Source: a virus. From it: 64,000 bases of DNA. The number at the start of each line of letters is the position of its first letter. The stretch's first letter is position 1. A program made the position numbers and the translations under genes. Where the stretch lies: the IMG/VR virus record IMGVR_UViG_3300050821_008578, positions 14,262 through 78,261 of that record; one strand, given 5' to 3'. The notes under the pieces were generated by a model that saw nothing but the letters and a program-made list of their open reading frames with translations, did not search any database and had not been told where the DNA came from. Below are positions 46,405 through 57,516 of the stretch, piece after piece.

Positions 46405-48629
46405 TATTTTTCATCGCTAGTTATTTTATGTAGTATAGCTGCTGATGCACGTTCCTTATCTGTTAATTCAGTAACCTTTTTACCATAAAATTGTTCTTCA
46501 TATTTCCATGCTTTATCAATAATTTTAACTTTCATTAAAGGAGAAAGACTACATGCATATTTATAGCATAGATAATCTAGCCAATCTTTAATTTGTGGGT
46601 GTTTAAATTCAATCATTTCTCTCAATTGATCAAGCGATTGAAAGCTAGCTTTTTCAAAATCAGGTGGAACATAAAGAGGATTACCTTTTTCATCTTTTTT
46701 CTCTTTATCAATATACCCAACTGTTACTGGGAATTCAATATTTTTCCAGCTTCCAGACATTGTAATTGATTTTGCATTAACTAAATAATTATAAGTAGTT
46801 TCAAATTTATCAATACCAGTTTCACCTTTTATAGTAATCTCAACAGTTTGATTTGGCAATGTCAATTTATTTTTAACTGAAGTTAGACGTGTAGTAATAC
46901 CAACAGTTTTTTCCTGACCATTAGGCAATACTACTTTATTGAAAGCTGATCTTTGAACTCTAATTCTAGCTGAAGAATAGAATTTAATTCCACCCCCACC
47001 TGGTGATTCAGGTGCTTCATATTGACCACCACCATAAACTTGATTTACAAGAATTAATGTACAATTAGATTTAGCTAGTTTAGGTGTTAAATCTCTCAAC
47101 ATGGCCCAAATAACCCGCGGTTTTTCCATCATGCCACCTGATTGATGTACAAATATACATGAACCATTTAATTCTAAAGCAAAGTTATGCAATCCAGGTA
47201 CTGTAATATCATATACATCTTCAAATCCAGCATCTTCAATTTTAATTATTTTATGATTAAAATATTTAGCTTGTTCGTAAAGATTTTCAAAATTATCAAA
47301 ATAATTAATAACTGATTGTTTAGTATAATTTCTAATTCTTTTAATTTTTGAAAAATAAGATTCTGGTGTTAATGGCAACCCCTCATCAATTACTTGCTTA
47401 GCTCTTTTTAATATTTTTATTTTAGTTACATTATCATTTTGATTTTGATAATCAAATTTTCCATTTTTATGTGAATTTTTAGTCCATTCAGAAACTCTAT
47501 TTTTTCTTTCTTTTGTCCAAGTTTTATCAAGTAATTTAATAAATTCAGGATCAGAATTTCTAAGTGTAGTAGCTAATTTAGTTGATTCTCTTTCATTGTA
47601 TTCAATTAAATGAAGTCTACCATGTTCACTTTTTGTTAAAATCATTAAATTAGATGGGTTATTATTTAATGGATTCATATCAATATGATGTCTATGATTA
47701 CCAAAAGGTATATCTCTAATAACCATTTTATGTGTTGGTATAAATTCAGGTGAAGTAATTATTTCATAATCACCATTTTTATCTAAATTACCTGAATTAT
47801 TACCCATTTCATAATATAATGGCATCAAACTATCTTCTGATGTTAAATCTTTAGCCTCTTTATATGTTCCATCTCTTAACATAAACTTATGATCTGGGGT
47901 ACACTTAATAGTTTCATTATTATCAAGTGTTATTTTAATCACTTTAGTAGATCTACATGTTTGTCCAGACCACTTCACTTTTCCAGGAGAAACTCTATTT
48001 AATTCTTTATCCCATGAATAAACCCAAATATCTTCATTATTTTCATATGCTTCTTTCATTTCAAGCATAGTTCTAACTTTACCATCCAGACATTTTACTT
48101 TAGTATCTTTGGTAAAACAAAATGCATTAACTTCTCCACCTTTTTTTGGTTTAGGGTGGGCTTCATTTTCTGTTTGTAATGCAGCAATAGTATCACAAAC
48201 AATAATAAGTGGCATCTTATTTTTAATAGATTTATCTAAAGTTGCTTCCACATTAGCTTTGAATGATTCAAGAGTATCTGCTTCACAAATAAGAAATTTA
48301 TCAACTGGGCACCCCATATAAAGAGCACGGGTTTTATCTAAAGCTGATTCAGCCTCTTCCCATAAGACTCCATATTTATCTACTGCTTTCTCTTTCCAAT
48401 AAGCAGCAAAAGCTTTAGTTACTTCTAAAGCTAAAGTAGATTTACCATGGGAATTTTCTCCATAGAATTCATATATCTTTCCAGAATATATTCCCCCACC
48501 AAATAAAATATCCATAGGAACACAATCAAAAGAATAAATAAAATTAGCATCTGAAGCTAAATTATCAGTAAATAATTTAATCTTATCTGTTCCATCTGAA
48601 TATTCCTTTAATTCACTCATAAGTCTCAC
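46404..48629 (-). CDS. recA: RecA/UvsX-like recombinase containing an intein
   Basis: Motifs 'GENSHGKS', 'CDTIAAL', 'LVNQ' and 'PGGGGIKFYSSARI'. Confidence 0.93.
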   Translation of the reverse strand: MRLMSELKEYSDGTDKIKLFTDNLASDANFIYSFDCVPMDILFGGGIYSGKIYEFYGENSHGKSTLALEVTKAFAAYWKEKAVDKYGVLWEEAESALDKTRALYMGCPVDKFLICEADTLESFKANVEATLDKSIKNKMPLIIVCDTIAALQTENEAHPKPKKGGEVNAFCFTKDTKVKCLDGKVRTMLEMKEAYENNEDIWVYSWDKELNRVSPGKVKWSGQTCRSTKVIKITLDNNETIKCTPDHKFMLRDGTYKEAKDLTSEDSLMPLYYEMGNNSGNLDKNGDYEIITSPEFIPTHKMVIRDIPFGNHRHHIDMNPLNNNPSNLMILTKSEHGRLHLIEYNERESTKLATTLRNSDPEFIKLLDKTWTKERKNRVSEWTKNSHKNGKFDYQNQNDNVTKIKILKRAKQVIDEGLPLTPESYFSKIKRIRNYTKQSVINYFDNFENLYEQAKYFNHKIIKIEDAGFEDVYDITVPGLHNFALELNGSCIFVHQSGGMMEKPRVIWAMLRDLTPKLAKSNCTLILVNQVYGGGQYEAPESPGGGGIKFYSSARIRVQRSAFNKVVLPNGQEKTVGITTRLTSVKNKLTLPNQTVEITIKGETGIDKFETTYNYLVNAKSITMSGSWKNIEFPVTVGYIDKEKKDEKGNPLYVPPDFEKASFQSLDQLREMIEFKHPQIKDWLDYLCYKYACSLSPLMKVKIIDKAWKYEEQFYGKKVTELTDKERASAAILHKITSDEK
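47142..48119 (-). mobile_element. 326 aa intein with HNH endonuclease and C-terminal Gln
   Basis: Starts CFTKDT; block B 'CTPDH'; HNH 'HHIDMNPLNN.PSNL....H...H'; ends 'VYDITV...HNF...VHQ|S'. Confidence 0.93.
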
Positions 48630-48803
48630 CCTTAGCTAGAATATATTCAACAGTTACTTTCATAGTACCAGTAAATTCACCAGGTATTTTCTTAATATTA
48701 TTATTAATATAATTACCATATTCCCAAGCATTCATAATATCTTCACCTACTTCAATAAAGGATTCAAAAGTATATGCTCTTTCCATTACTAAAATATTTT
48801 TAT

Positions 48804-49220
48804 TCATTTAGTTTCCTTATTTACATCCCAGTCTTTACGTTCAAAATTTTGTTTATTTTTTTCTACATATCGGGTAAATACTTCATCAGCATTCATACCT
48901 GATGCAAGAGCCATTGACATAAGAAAATGAAAACAATCAATAATTTCTTCTTTTAGACCATCCATATCTTTGGTTTTATCCTTCCACCATTTTACATTTT
49001 GGGTAGCTGCTTCACGTGTTTCACATACTTCAGCTTGAAGTGCTGAAGCAAGTCTATCAACCCAATTTCTTCTATTTAATTCCTCAGTAAGAGTTGCACT
49101 ATAACCACTTTTATAATGAACATTCATACTATCAGGATTATAGTGTTGCATTTGTTTCTTTTCAATAACATTAGTATTAAGTTTCTCTTGCATTTCCATC
49201 ATTTTAGTAAGCATATCCAT
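48804..49220 (-). CDS. Dimeric (all-alpha) dUTPase/dNTP pyrophosphatase
   Basis: 'EVCE...KWWK...EEIIDCFHF...KNKQNFER'; probable start at 49220. Confidence 0.85.
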   Translation of the reverse strand: MDMLTKMMEMQEKLNTNVIEKKQMQHYNPDSMNVHYKSGYSATLTEELNRRNWVDRLASALQAEVCETREAATQNVKWWKDKTKDMDGLKEEIIDCFHFLMSMALASGMNADEVFTRYVEKNKQNFERKDWDVNKETK

Positions 49221-49221
49221 A

Positions 49222-50211
49222 TTAACCACCAATTGCTTCTTTACATTGATACTCATGTGCACAAAGTACACATTTGTTATTATAATAATCTTTATCCTCA
49301 AATTTCTCTTTCATTGAAAAACAGTCTGGTGCTCCTGCTGGCTTTTTACTAGTATTAGATTGTGTATTAAGTACAGTAGCTGCATTAGAACTATTTGTAG
49401 GTGCTGATTTAACTGTTTCTTTACTTGTTTTAGCAGTAGTTTGATTACTTTTTGAAGTTTCATCTTTTGGTTCTTCAACTGTTTCAGTACTAAGAGTTAG
49501 AATCTTATTCTCCAAAACATCACGAGTATAGGCTACTGCATCTTTCATTTTAGCATGATAAGTGTCATCTGGGTTTTTCCAGATCTTAGCCATATCATAC
49601 ATACCTTCTAACATTGTCTTCATCTCTTCTGTATTAGTACTAACTGGAGATGAGCCACGAGAAACAGTACGTTTAAATTTACCTTTCTTTTTTTCACGTT
49701 CAAAAGTAACATTAGAACCATTAAGTGGGTCTGTTACATCACCAACTTCAGGATTAAGAATATTATCAAGTAGCCATTCATAATTAAAATCACTTGCTCC
49801 TAACAAATGAACCTGTTTTGGATTCAATTTCTTTTCATATCGTGATTCATATGATGGGTCACTTAAAACCCAAACATTAAAATAAGCCTTTGCTGCAGGA
49901 GACCAATCAGATGTCTCAATTCTTGGTTCATATTCTTTAAGTAGTTCACACATAGGACAATCAAGACCATAATTACGATAACAATGAACTTTAGCATTAT
50001 CAGCACCCACACCCCAATGAGTACGAATAATACGGCCTGGTAGACGTTCATGTGCTAGGGGTGGACCGAACCTCAATAATACCTTTTCAGTACCATCAGG
50101 TAATGAATAAAACGGAATATCAGCTCGGTCTGATTCCCCTTTGCTAAATTCTTTCTTTTCTTCTTTTCGTTTATCGAGTTCTGCTCGAATTGCTGCGAGA
50201 TCTAATGCCAT
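49222..50211 (-). CDS. Single-stranded DNA-binding protein (gp32-like)
   Basis: 'LRFGPP', H...C...CPMC and 'DVTDPLNG'; located in the replication block. Confidence 0.75.
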   Translation of the reverse strand: MALDLAAIRAELDKRKEEKKEFSKGESDRADIPFYSLPDGTEKVLLRFGPPLAHERLPGRIIRTHWGVGADNAKVHCYRNYGLDCPMCELLKEYEPRIETSDWSPAAKAYFNVWVLSDPSYESRYEKKLNPKQVHLLGASDFNYEWLLDNILNPEVGDVTDPLNGSNVTFEREKKKGKFKRTVSRGSSPVSTNTEEMKTMLEGMYDMAKIWKNPDDTYHAKMKDAVAYTRDVLENKILTLSTETVEEPKDETSKSNQTTAKTSKETVKSAPTNSSNAATVLNTQSNTSKKPAGAPDCFSMKEKFEDKDYYNNKCVLCAHEYQCKEAIGG

Positions 50212-50243
50212 TTCTTCTCCTTTAGTTTAATATCTTGCGGATA

Positions 50244-51962
50244 TTATATTTCTAATACTTTTAGTGTTTGGTACTGATCTATAACTTGGTATTTATTAAT
50301 AACTAATTCTTTATTATCCAATAGAATCTTTTTTGCTGGATAACATGATTTGATGGGCTCTTTAATTGAACCTAATTTTGATCCTAAATGTACTTTATTT
50401 GATTCAGTAATAATAACCATTTTACTATATGGTGTATAAAATCCTACTACTTTCTTTTCTAATTTTGATTCTACTATCCCAAAGAAATATTCATTTAGAT
50501 GTTCTATTTCACCATTTGAATATACTATAGTTATTTTACTATCTGTTTCCCAATTCATTAATCTAGATGTTTTTGAAAATTTAACTTCAATATTATTATC
50601 TTTAAAATTAATATATCGTTTTATAGAACCATTCCATTTAGATTTTTGAATTTCATTAGTAATAACGCTCGGTTTTGAGAATAAGTTCCTATCTATTTGA
50701 TCAATCTCATTTAAAAGAATATTTTTAACTTGTTCATTAGTAATTTCATATGATAAAGGAACATTATATTGATATTCTTTAATAGAAGAAATAGGTTTAG
50801 AACTAATTCGTAATTGAAATTCTTCTAATTTAGGTAAAAACTGAATTATATCTTGTGGTAAATTTTGAATACAATTCAAATAAACATTTTTAGATATTTC
50901 ATTAGTTTTATCAGGATTAATTTTATCGAGTTTAGATAATTCAGTTAAACAAATCTGATCTAAACATTTAAGTATATCTTTTGAAAATTTCCAATATTCT
51001 CTTTTTTTAATATATTGAAGTCTATTACTTACCCATTCCTCATAATAACCTGAATGTCTTAATCTATTCCAGTAATAATATAAATTCTCAGTTAATGATT
51101 TTGAACATGAACTAAGTATTTGATTCTGAATACTTTCTGGGGCAGAAATGAAGATTGAAATTTGTTTATGAGTTGATTCATCAATTACTTCAATAATTTT
51201 ATTAGAAATTAATTCTTGGATTAACTTAGATTCTGAAAGAATAGCAATAGATGAACCAATAGGTAATTCAGTAATATGAAGATATTGTTTACTATCTCTA
51301 GTAACTAATTCTGATTTAGGATATATTCTATTATAATATAGAACACCACCATAGGCATATTCTGATTTAATTTGTCTCCATAATTCTTTTGAATCTGGTT
51401 TTCCTAATACAGATTTAATACAAAATTTAATATGATCCAATGAAAATGCAGGATATTGGGTGGTAAGTCCTACACCAATACCTGATATACCTAATAATGG
51501 CACTAATGGTAATTTTGTTTGAAATATAGTTGGTTCAACATCAGTCTCATCATATGATGGAATAAAATCACCAATATCAAACATTGATTCATCAATAAGT
51601 TCTTCAAAAATAGGACTAGTCTTAACTTCAGTGTACCTAGTAGCTGCAGGAGGATCACCAAAGCAATTCCCCCAATTGCCTCTTCCTGTAACTAATGCAT
51701 TGGGTGTATTAACTAAATGTGCCAATGCTCCAGCAATACTACCATCACCGTGTGGATGAAGCTTCATTGTGTCCCCTACAACTGTAGAGGATTTTAAAAA
51801 TTTACCTTTATTATGTCTGGCACCTAATTTAACTAAAGACCAAATGATACGACGATGAACTGATTTTAAATCAAGATTAGGTAAAACCCTTGATTTCGTT
51901 ATATAATGAGTATAACGAGTAAGTCCTTCTTTTGTAATATCTTCAATTGGTCTACTATTCAT
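50244..51962 (-). CDS. Type II topoisomerase subunit A (GyrA/ParC-like)
   Basis: Motifs 'HPHGD', 'AATRYTE' and 'GIGVG'. Confidence 0.93.
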   Translation of the reverse strand: MNSRPIEDITKEGLTRYTHYITKSRVLPNLDLKSVHRRIIWSLVKLGARHNKGKFLKSSTVVGDTMKLHPHGDGSIAGALAHLVNTPNALVTGRGNWGNCFGDPPAATRYTEVKTSPIFEELIDESMFDIGDFIPSYDETDVEPTIFQTKLPLVPLLGISGIGVGLTTQYPAFSLDHIKFCIKSVLGKPDSKELWRQIKSEYAYGGVLYYNRIYPKSELVTRDSKQYLHITELPIGSSIAILSESKLIQELISNKIIEVIDESTHKQISIFISAPESIQNQILSSCSKSLTENLYYYWNRLRHSGYYEEWVSNRLQYIKKREYWKFSKDILKCLDQICLTELSKLDKINPDKTNEISKNVYLNCIQNLPQDIIQFLPKLEEFQLRISSKPISSIKEYQYNVPLSYEITNEQVKNILLNEIDQIDRNLFSKPSVITNEIQKSKWNGSIKRYINFKDNNIEVKFSKTSRLMNWETDSKITIVYSNGEIEHLNEYFFGIVESKLEKKVVGFYTPYSKMVIITESNKVHLGSKLGSIKEPIKSCYPAKKILLDNKELVINKYQVIDQYQTLKVLEI

Positions 51963-52446
51963 TTATTTTCTTCTTTTAATATATATTGAATAGTTTCTGT
52001 TACCAATTGTTTAAAATCATCAATTTGTTTTGATGAATTCTTTTTAAAAGTAATAATATTTTCACTAGTTAAATTTGTATCATTTTGAATAATTTCTTTT
52101 AATACTTTAACTCCAAATTGCAAATTATTCCACCTTTTAAATAAATCTATATTACTTTTAACACTATATGATTTATCCATTTAAATCCTATTCTTCAATT
52201 ACTTTTTTATAAATTTCTGCACTACAATATTGACTAATAATAAATTCTACATCTTTAACTTTATCACCTTTTTTAAAAAGCATTGCATAAACTGGTTTCT
52301 TTCTTTTAAATTTTATTAAATAATTACCATCCATTAATATATTATATTCACTAGTTTTATGATCAAATGCCATATAATTATCTATATTATCTTTTCTAGT
52401 ATAGACTATACATTCTTCTTTTAATTCCTGGTTTTGAATATTATAA

Positions 52447-54264
52447 TCAAGAGGTAATAGCATTTTCTACTTCCAATTCTGTTAAAATTGATTTTCTGGC
52501 TTCAGATAAAGATCCCATTAAAAGATTCATTTCATTAACTGAATTTTCTACCAATATAGCTTTATCTATTTTTCTAGTATTTGGATGAATAACTGGAGCT
52601 AATTCACTAGAATCCATTTCTCCCAATCCTTTATTTCTATGTATCTCATAATTCTTTTTAGGGTGTAGTTTTTTAAATTCTGCAATAACTGATTTAGTAT
52701 TATGACCATACATTCGTATATCTCCAGAAATAAGAGTAAACAATGGTGAATATACTACATATAAATTGTGTTTTTTAATGAATGAAGGAAATAGAACAGT
52801 AAACATAGATAGGATTAATGAATAAATATGTGCCCCATCATCATCACTATCTGCTAGAATAAATACATTCTTAGTTCTTAATGTAGTATTTGTTTCTTCC
52901 ATCCCACCAATTGCTAGAAATATATCAGTAACTTCTTTATTACTAATAACACTAGAGAAATCAGATTTCATTGCGTTGATCACTTTACCTCGAAGGGGGA
53001 GTACCTCTTGGAACTTCGGATTACGAGCTGTTCTAACTGATCCCCCGGCACTGTTCCCCTCGACTATAAAAAGTTCTCTCTCGTTTGGAGTACAATTATA
53101 AGCAACTGATAATTTCTCAGGTAGCTTATTTTCTCGCACATTTGCTTTAATATTATTAAGAGTTTTCTTAATATCCAATTCTTGAATTAATTTCTCTTGT
53201 TGAGTAATCAATTCTACCATGTAGTTAATAAATTCTTTATTGCTATTTAGTGCTTTAAATATATCATTATAAATAGTATCATAAACAAACTTCTTTACTT
53301 TATTATCTGATACTTTAGATTTATTTTGACCACGAAAAATAGGTTCTTTGAAGAACAAAGAAACTGTTAATTTAAGTCCTTGACTTACTTGTGTTCTACT
53401 AAATGTTCTACCAGTAATTTTTAAAAGATTAGAACTCAATGTATCAATAACTGAATCTACATGAGAACCATTTTCAAAATTATGTATAGTGTTAATATAA
53501 CTACTAATTAAACATTGAGAATCTTTACAATAATTTAATCTTATTGTAAGATTATCATATGATTTTTCAAATTCAAAAATAGATTCTGAAGTAAGTTGTT
53601 TATCTTGAATATCTTTAAGAGGAATTAAAGATTTAAATTCTATAACCTCATTATCATCTTCTTTATATTTAATCAATAAACCTGGAAGTAATGAAGCTAA
53701 ATTGAATAGCTTAGTTTTAATTAAATCAGTATCAAATTTAGTTGTTTCAAATATATCTGAATCGGGAGAAAATCCAACAGCTGTTCCTGTATTACCATTT
53801 TTTATATCTAAAAATGGGTTTTGTAAATTAGTATTTTTACTAGTTAATTTACCTTTTTCAAATTCATAAAAATATAATCTATCTCTATAAACTTTGACTT
53901 TTAAATCTTTAGACAGAGCTGTAACAGCTTTAAGCCCAATTCCATTAAGACCTGCTGATGTATGATAAACTTTATCATTAAATTTACCTGATGTATTAAT
54001 TTTAGTAAATACATCAATAATTTTATCTGGTGGAATACCGCGACCATAATCTTGAACCCAAATAAAATCCTTTTTAGTATCCAAACAAACTAAAATTTCT
54101 TTACCATTACCTGAAATATATTCATCAATTGCATTATCTAATACTTCATTAAAAAGATGATGAATCCCTTCCAATCCAATACTACCAATATACATTCCAC
54201 TTCGGAGACGTATATGCTCCAAAGAATCTAATGTTTTAATAGAATCTGAATTATATTCTTTCAT
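52447..54264 (-). CDS. Type II topoisomerase subunit B (GyrB/ParE-like)
   Basis: Motifs 'EVLDNAIDE', 'DYGRGIP', 'EGNSAGG', 'PLRGK', 'DSDDDG' and 'KGLGEM'. Confidence 0.95.
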   Translation of the reverse strand: MKEYNSDSIKTLDSLEHIRLRSGMYIGSIGLEGIHHLFNEVLDNAIDEYISGNGKEILVCLDTKKDFIWVQDYGRGIPPDKIIDVFTKINTSGKFNDKVYHTSAGLNGIGLKAVTALSKDLKVKVYRDRLYFYEFEKGKLTSKNTNLQNPFLDIKNGNTGTAVGFSPDSDIFETTKFDTDLIKTKLFNLASLLPGLLIKYKEDDNEVIEFKSLIPLKDIQDKQLTSESIFEFEKSYDNLTIRLNYCKDSQCLISSYINTIHNFENGSHVDSVIDTLSSNLLKITGRTFSRTQVSQGLKLTVSLFFKEPIFRGQNKSKVSDNKVKKFVYDTIYNDIFKALNSNKEFINYMVELITQQEKLIQELDIKKTLNNIKANVRENKLPEKLSVAYNCTPNERELFIVEGNSAGGSVRTARNPKFQEVLPLRGKVINAMKSDFSSVISNKEVTDIFLAIGGMEETNTTLRTKNVFILADSDDDGAHIYSLILSMFTVLFPSFIKKHNLYVVYSPLFTLISGDIRMYGHNTKSVIAEFKKLHPKKNYEIHRNKGLGEMDSSELAPVIHPNTRKIDKAILVENSVNEMNLLMGSLSEARKSILTELEVENAITS

Positions 54265-54734
54265 TAATTCAATTTACCTTCAGCTCTATGTTTATTTTCA
54301 AGATGTCTTTTATATTTATCAAATACTGTAGCACTTTTAGATAATCCAGACATATCTGAATTAGTAATACATAAGTATTCATTAAGAGGAAAACAAACAT
54401 CGACAACCAATGATCGTTGTTTTAATGCATTATTATAAGATATATTACATACATGTAAAGGGGACAAATTAAGAAGTTCTTTAAGATACAAAAGATGCCA
54501 ATAATTATTCTTTTTATCTTTCAATAACCATTTACAAGCTGGGTGATGAACAATCTTATTTACAATATAAGGTGTACCATCTTTTTTATATACTGTAATA
54601 TCATAATGATGTAACATAGATGCAGCCATAAGTTGAGTTGATTCAACTATTTGTTTATTGAATCTTTTCTTATCTATATTAAAGAAAAACTCAGCATTCT
54701 TTTTAAGACATTCATCAAATAAAAATATATTCAT
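54264..54734 (-). CDS. Pyrimidine dimer DNA glycosylase-like protein
   Basis: Motif 'MNIF.....KQIVESTQL...HHPACKW'. Confidence 0.7.
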   Translation of the reverse strand: MNIFLFDECLKKNAEFFFNIDKKRFNKQIVESTQLMAASMLHHYDITVYKKDGTPYIVNKIVHHPACKWLLKDKKNNYWHLLYLKELLNLSPLHVCNISYNNALKQRSLVVDVCFPLNEYLCITNSDMSGLSKSATVFDKYKRHLENKHRAEGKLN

Positions 54735-55046
54735 ATTTCACATTACACAATAATTAAGATGCTAAATGTTTATTATATTCTTCTTCAGAAATTGATTTTA
54801 CAGTACCAGAAATACTTATTGCAAACCTATCTCCTGTCATTCTAAGTTTACACCAATCTTTTTCAATTTCATTGAGTTTCATTTCTGTAATTTTAACTCT
54901 ACCAAATGCATCATGAATAATTACTTCATAAGAATAACCTAGAGTATCTAATTCTTTTCTCCAATTTATTGCTTTAACCAATTTTATTAGACTAAAACCC
55001 TTAAATTTTAAAGCTGTATTTTGCATAACTAACCTCCGATAATTAT

Positions 55047-55082
55047 CTTATCGGAACATTTTTCTAAAACAAAAGGGTTTTA
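55047..55082 (-). promoter_or_regulatory. Conserved phage promoter, copy 6
   Basis: Identical 36-mer, upstream of ORF 54754-55026. Confidence 0.85.
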
Positions 55083-55132
55083 TGAAAAATAAATTTTATA
55101 TAGAAGAACTTATTCTGTTAGAAAAAATAGTT

Positions 55133-55924
55133 TTAAAATGCTGCTTTAGTTAAATCTTTTTTAATTTTTCTCCATTTTTTAGGCCATTTCTCTTTAAGCC
55201 AAAAATATGTAATCTGTTTAATATCCCATGTAGATTTATGAAATTGTAAATCGTCATATTCATGAACACAAGTTTCATCTAAAGAACGCCATCCAATAAT
55301 TAAACGTAAAAGACCATCTTTACGAATAGAATTTCCAGAAAATGCATTTACACTATGTAAACATTTAATATTATCAAATACTAGTAAATCACCAACTTTG
55401 CATTTAACAACCATATTTTTATTACCATTCCATATTCTAGTACCAGCACCATTTTTAACATCATTAATTAATGTTAATACAGCAACTTTAGCTGGACGGA
55501 GTGATTCAGTAATACTTAAAGTACCATCTTTATTAATTGAAAATTCAAGTAATTCACCATCATTATGTTTAGGTACTTCTGAACTATCAGAATAATATTC
55601 TTGAACATTAAACAAAATCCTAGCATCTAAACTTATATTTAAACAAATTCTAACAAAATTTGTTAAATTACTAATATTAGGATATTTTCCCATAAAATCT
55701 ACATTAAATGTATTAATATGCGGCAAATATTCACCATCATTATGATTATTTGATATAGCATAAGCATGTGATTTTCTACCAGGTTTAGTATCTGATAAAT
55801 AAGCAATATGTTTTGATAGATTCTTTTCAGTATAATACTCTTTATAAAATCTTTTAACTTCTGCTATAGTTTCTTCAGGATCAAATAAATTTAAAAGATT
55901 ATCTTTAGTAAAATATTTATTCAT
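55133..55924 (-). CDS. 2OG-Fe(II) oxygenase
   Basis: HxD ('KHNDG'), 'GDLLVFDN...HSV' and a distal Arg in 'RLIIGWR'. Confidence 0.85.
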   Translation of the reverse strand: MNKYFTKDNLLNLFDPEETIAEVKRFYKEYYTEKNLSKHIAYLSDTKPGRKSHAYAISNNHNDGEYLPHINTFNVDFMGKYPNISNLTNFVRICLNISLDARILFNVQEYYSDSSEVPKHNDGELLEFSINKDGTLSITESLRPAKVAVLTLINDVKNGAGTRIWNGNKNMVVKCKVGDLLVFDNIKCLHSVNAFSGNSIRKDGLLRLIIGWRSLDETCVHEYDDLQFHKSTWDIKQITYFWLKEKWPKKWRKIKKDLTKAAF

Positions 55925-56468
55925 GCAATTCCTTTAATTGTTGTATAGTAGATTCTAAATTATGACATATATCAAAATGTGTATCTAAATAATCAATCAT
56001 TTCTTCTTGCAAATTTAAACAGGATTTGAAATCTTCATATCTACCTATTTTATTAAACCTATTTTTATATTCTTCTTGTGATAAATAAATAAATGGTGAA
56101 TATATTTTATAATCCATTTCTATTACTTTATTTTGCCATTCTTTTACTAATGGTACTAAACTAGTATAACTATCATTACTATAATAATTAGCATAAAAAG
56201 TACATAAAGCAGGAGAACTACAACTAACTATATATTCATATCCAGCAGTAATAGCATGATTTAATTCATACATCTGATTACCAACTACTGCTGGTCCATC
56301 AAGAGAATTTAATTTAAAATTCCTATTAGAATGATCTTTAATCCATTCAGGAACATATTGAACATTGAATCCTTTATTTAAAATTTTATTTACTAAATTA
56401 ATTGCTGCAGTAGTCTTTCCTACTCCGGGAGCTCCATGTAACATTATTAATGTTTTCATTATTTTCAT
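55917..56468 (-). CDS. P-loop kinase / NadR-type AAA protein
   Basis: Motifs 'GAPGVGKTT' and 'VPEW'. Confidence 0.75.
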   Translation of the reverse strand: MKIMKTLIMLHGAPGVGKTTAAINLVNKILNKGFNVQYVPEWIKDHSNRNFKLNSLDGPAVVGNQMYELNHAITAGYEYIVSCSSPALCTFYANYYSNDSYTSLVPLVKEWQNKVIEMDYKIYSPFIYLSQEEYKNRFNKIGRYEDFKSCLNLQEEMIDYLDTHFDICHNLESTIQQLKELHE

Positions 56469-56942
56469 TTATTTAATGCCTCAATTAGTGCATCAGCCAA
56501 ATTAACTGCCATTTGAGCCTTATGAAGAGCTTCATGCTTATCATTGATATTATGAATCCCAGCAATAGCAGGAACAACAAGTCCTTGCATAATAAGAGCA
56601 GCAAAGTATTCTCTTTTCCAAAGTCCAGCATATTGTCCTGCTGCACCTTCAGAATTAAAAGTATTACCAATACAATCAAATGGGTTTGTTTTAGGTTTTT
56701 CTTGCATATTTTATCCTTAAAATGAGTCTGGACAATGTAATAATTCAAAATGACTAATAGAATCAGTAACTGTGAATACTTGATGAAATGGTTGTCCTCT
56801 ATAAGTATAAATAATACTTACTGTACTAGTTTGTGTTGGTACTACAGTAACATGTGGACTAATAATAAGTGTTTTATCTTGAATAAAAAATCTATATGCA
56901 TTTGTTTGTGAACATAAAATATTATTTACCCATACTGAAGCT

Positions 56943-57508
56943 TTATAATTCATTTATATACCTTATAATCTTGTTTATCACTTTTTCAATATTATTTTCA
57001 ATTTCTTCATTCTTAAATCTTAATGTATTCCACTTATATATTTCTAATAATTGTTTATCTCTTTTAATATCATTTTCTTTATTATGACCCCATCCATCTA
57101 ATTCAATACATAATTTATAATTAGGAATAGAAAAATCCAATATTGGCCCATAAACTCCTAAATCTGGTCCATCACTTTTTCTAAACCTACTATCTTGACT
57201 AATCATACCTAAATTTTTAATTCTTTTGCAGTTTCATGATTCCAAAAATATTCTTCTATTTTTGAACGACCTTCATGTTCAGATCTAAATTTAATTTGAT
57301 TTTTAAAACTTTTACTCGCAGCTTTAGATTGATGTTCAGAATCTTTAGAAATTATTTCTTTTATAATCTTTGATTGTCTTTCTGGGTGTAATTTATGAGT
57401 TCTTTTACCAACTTGTGATGCTATTCCAGGCATTCTTAATCTATGACCATGAGCAAAAATACTATATTCTTTTATTTCTTTACCACACCCACATTTACAG
57501 AAATTCAT
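56943..57508 (-). pseudogene. Frameshifted DUF559/Vsr-like endonuclease (paralog of 42117-42677)
   Basis: The CKCGCG N-half (57209-57508) and the DF...IELDG C-half join if the A5 run at 57214-57218 is A6. Confidence 0.8.
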
Positions 57509-57516
57509 TATTTCAC

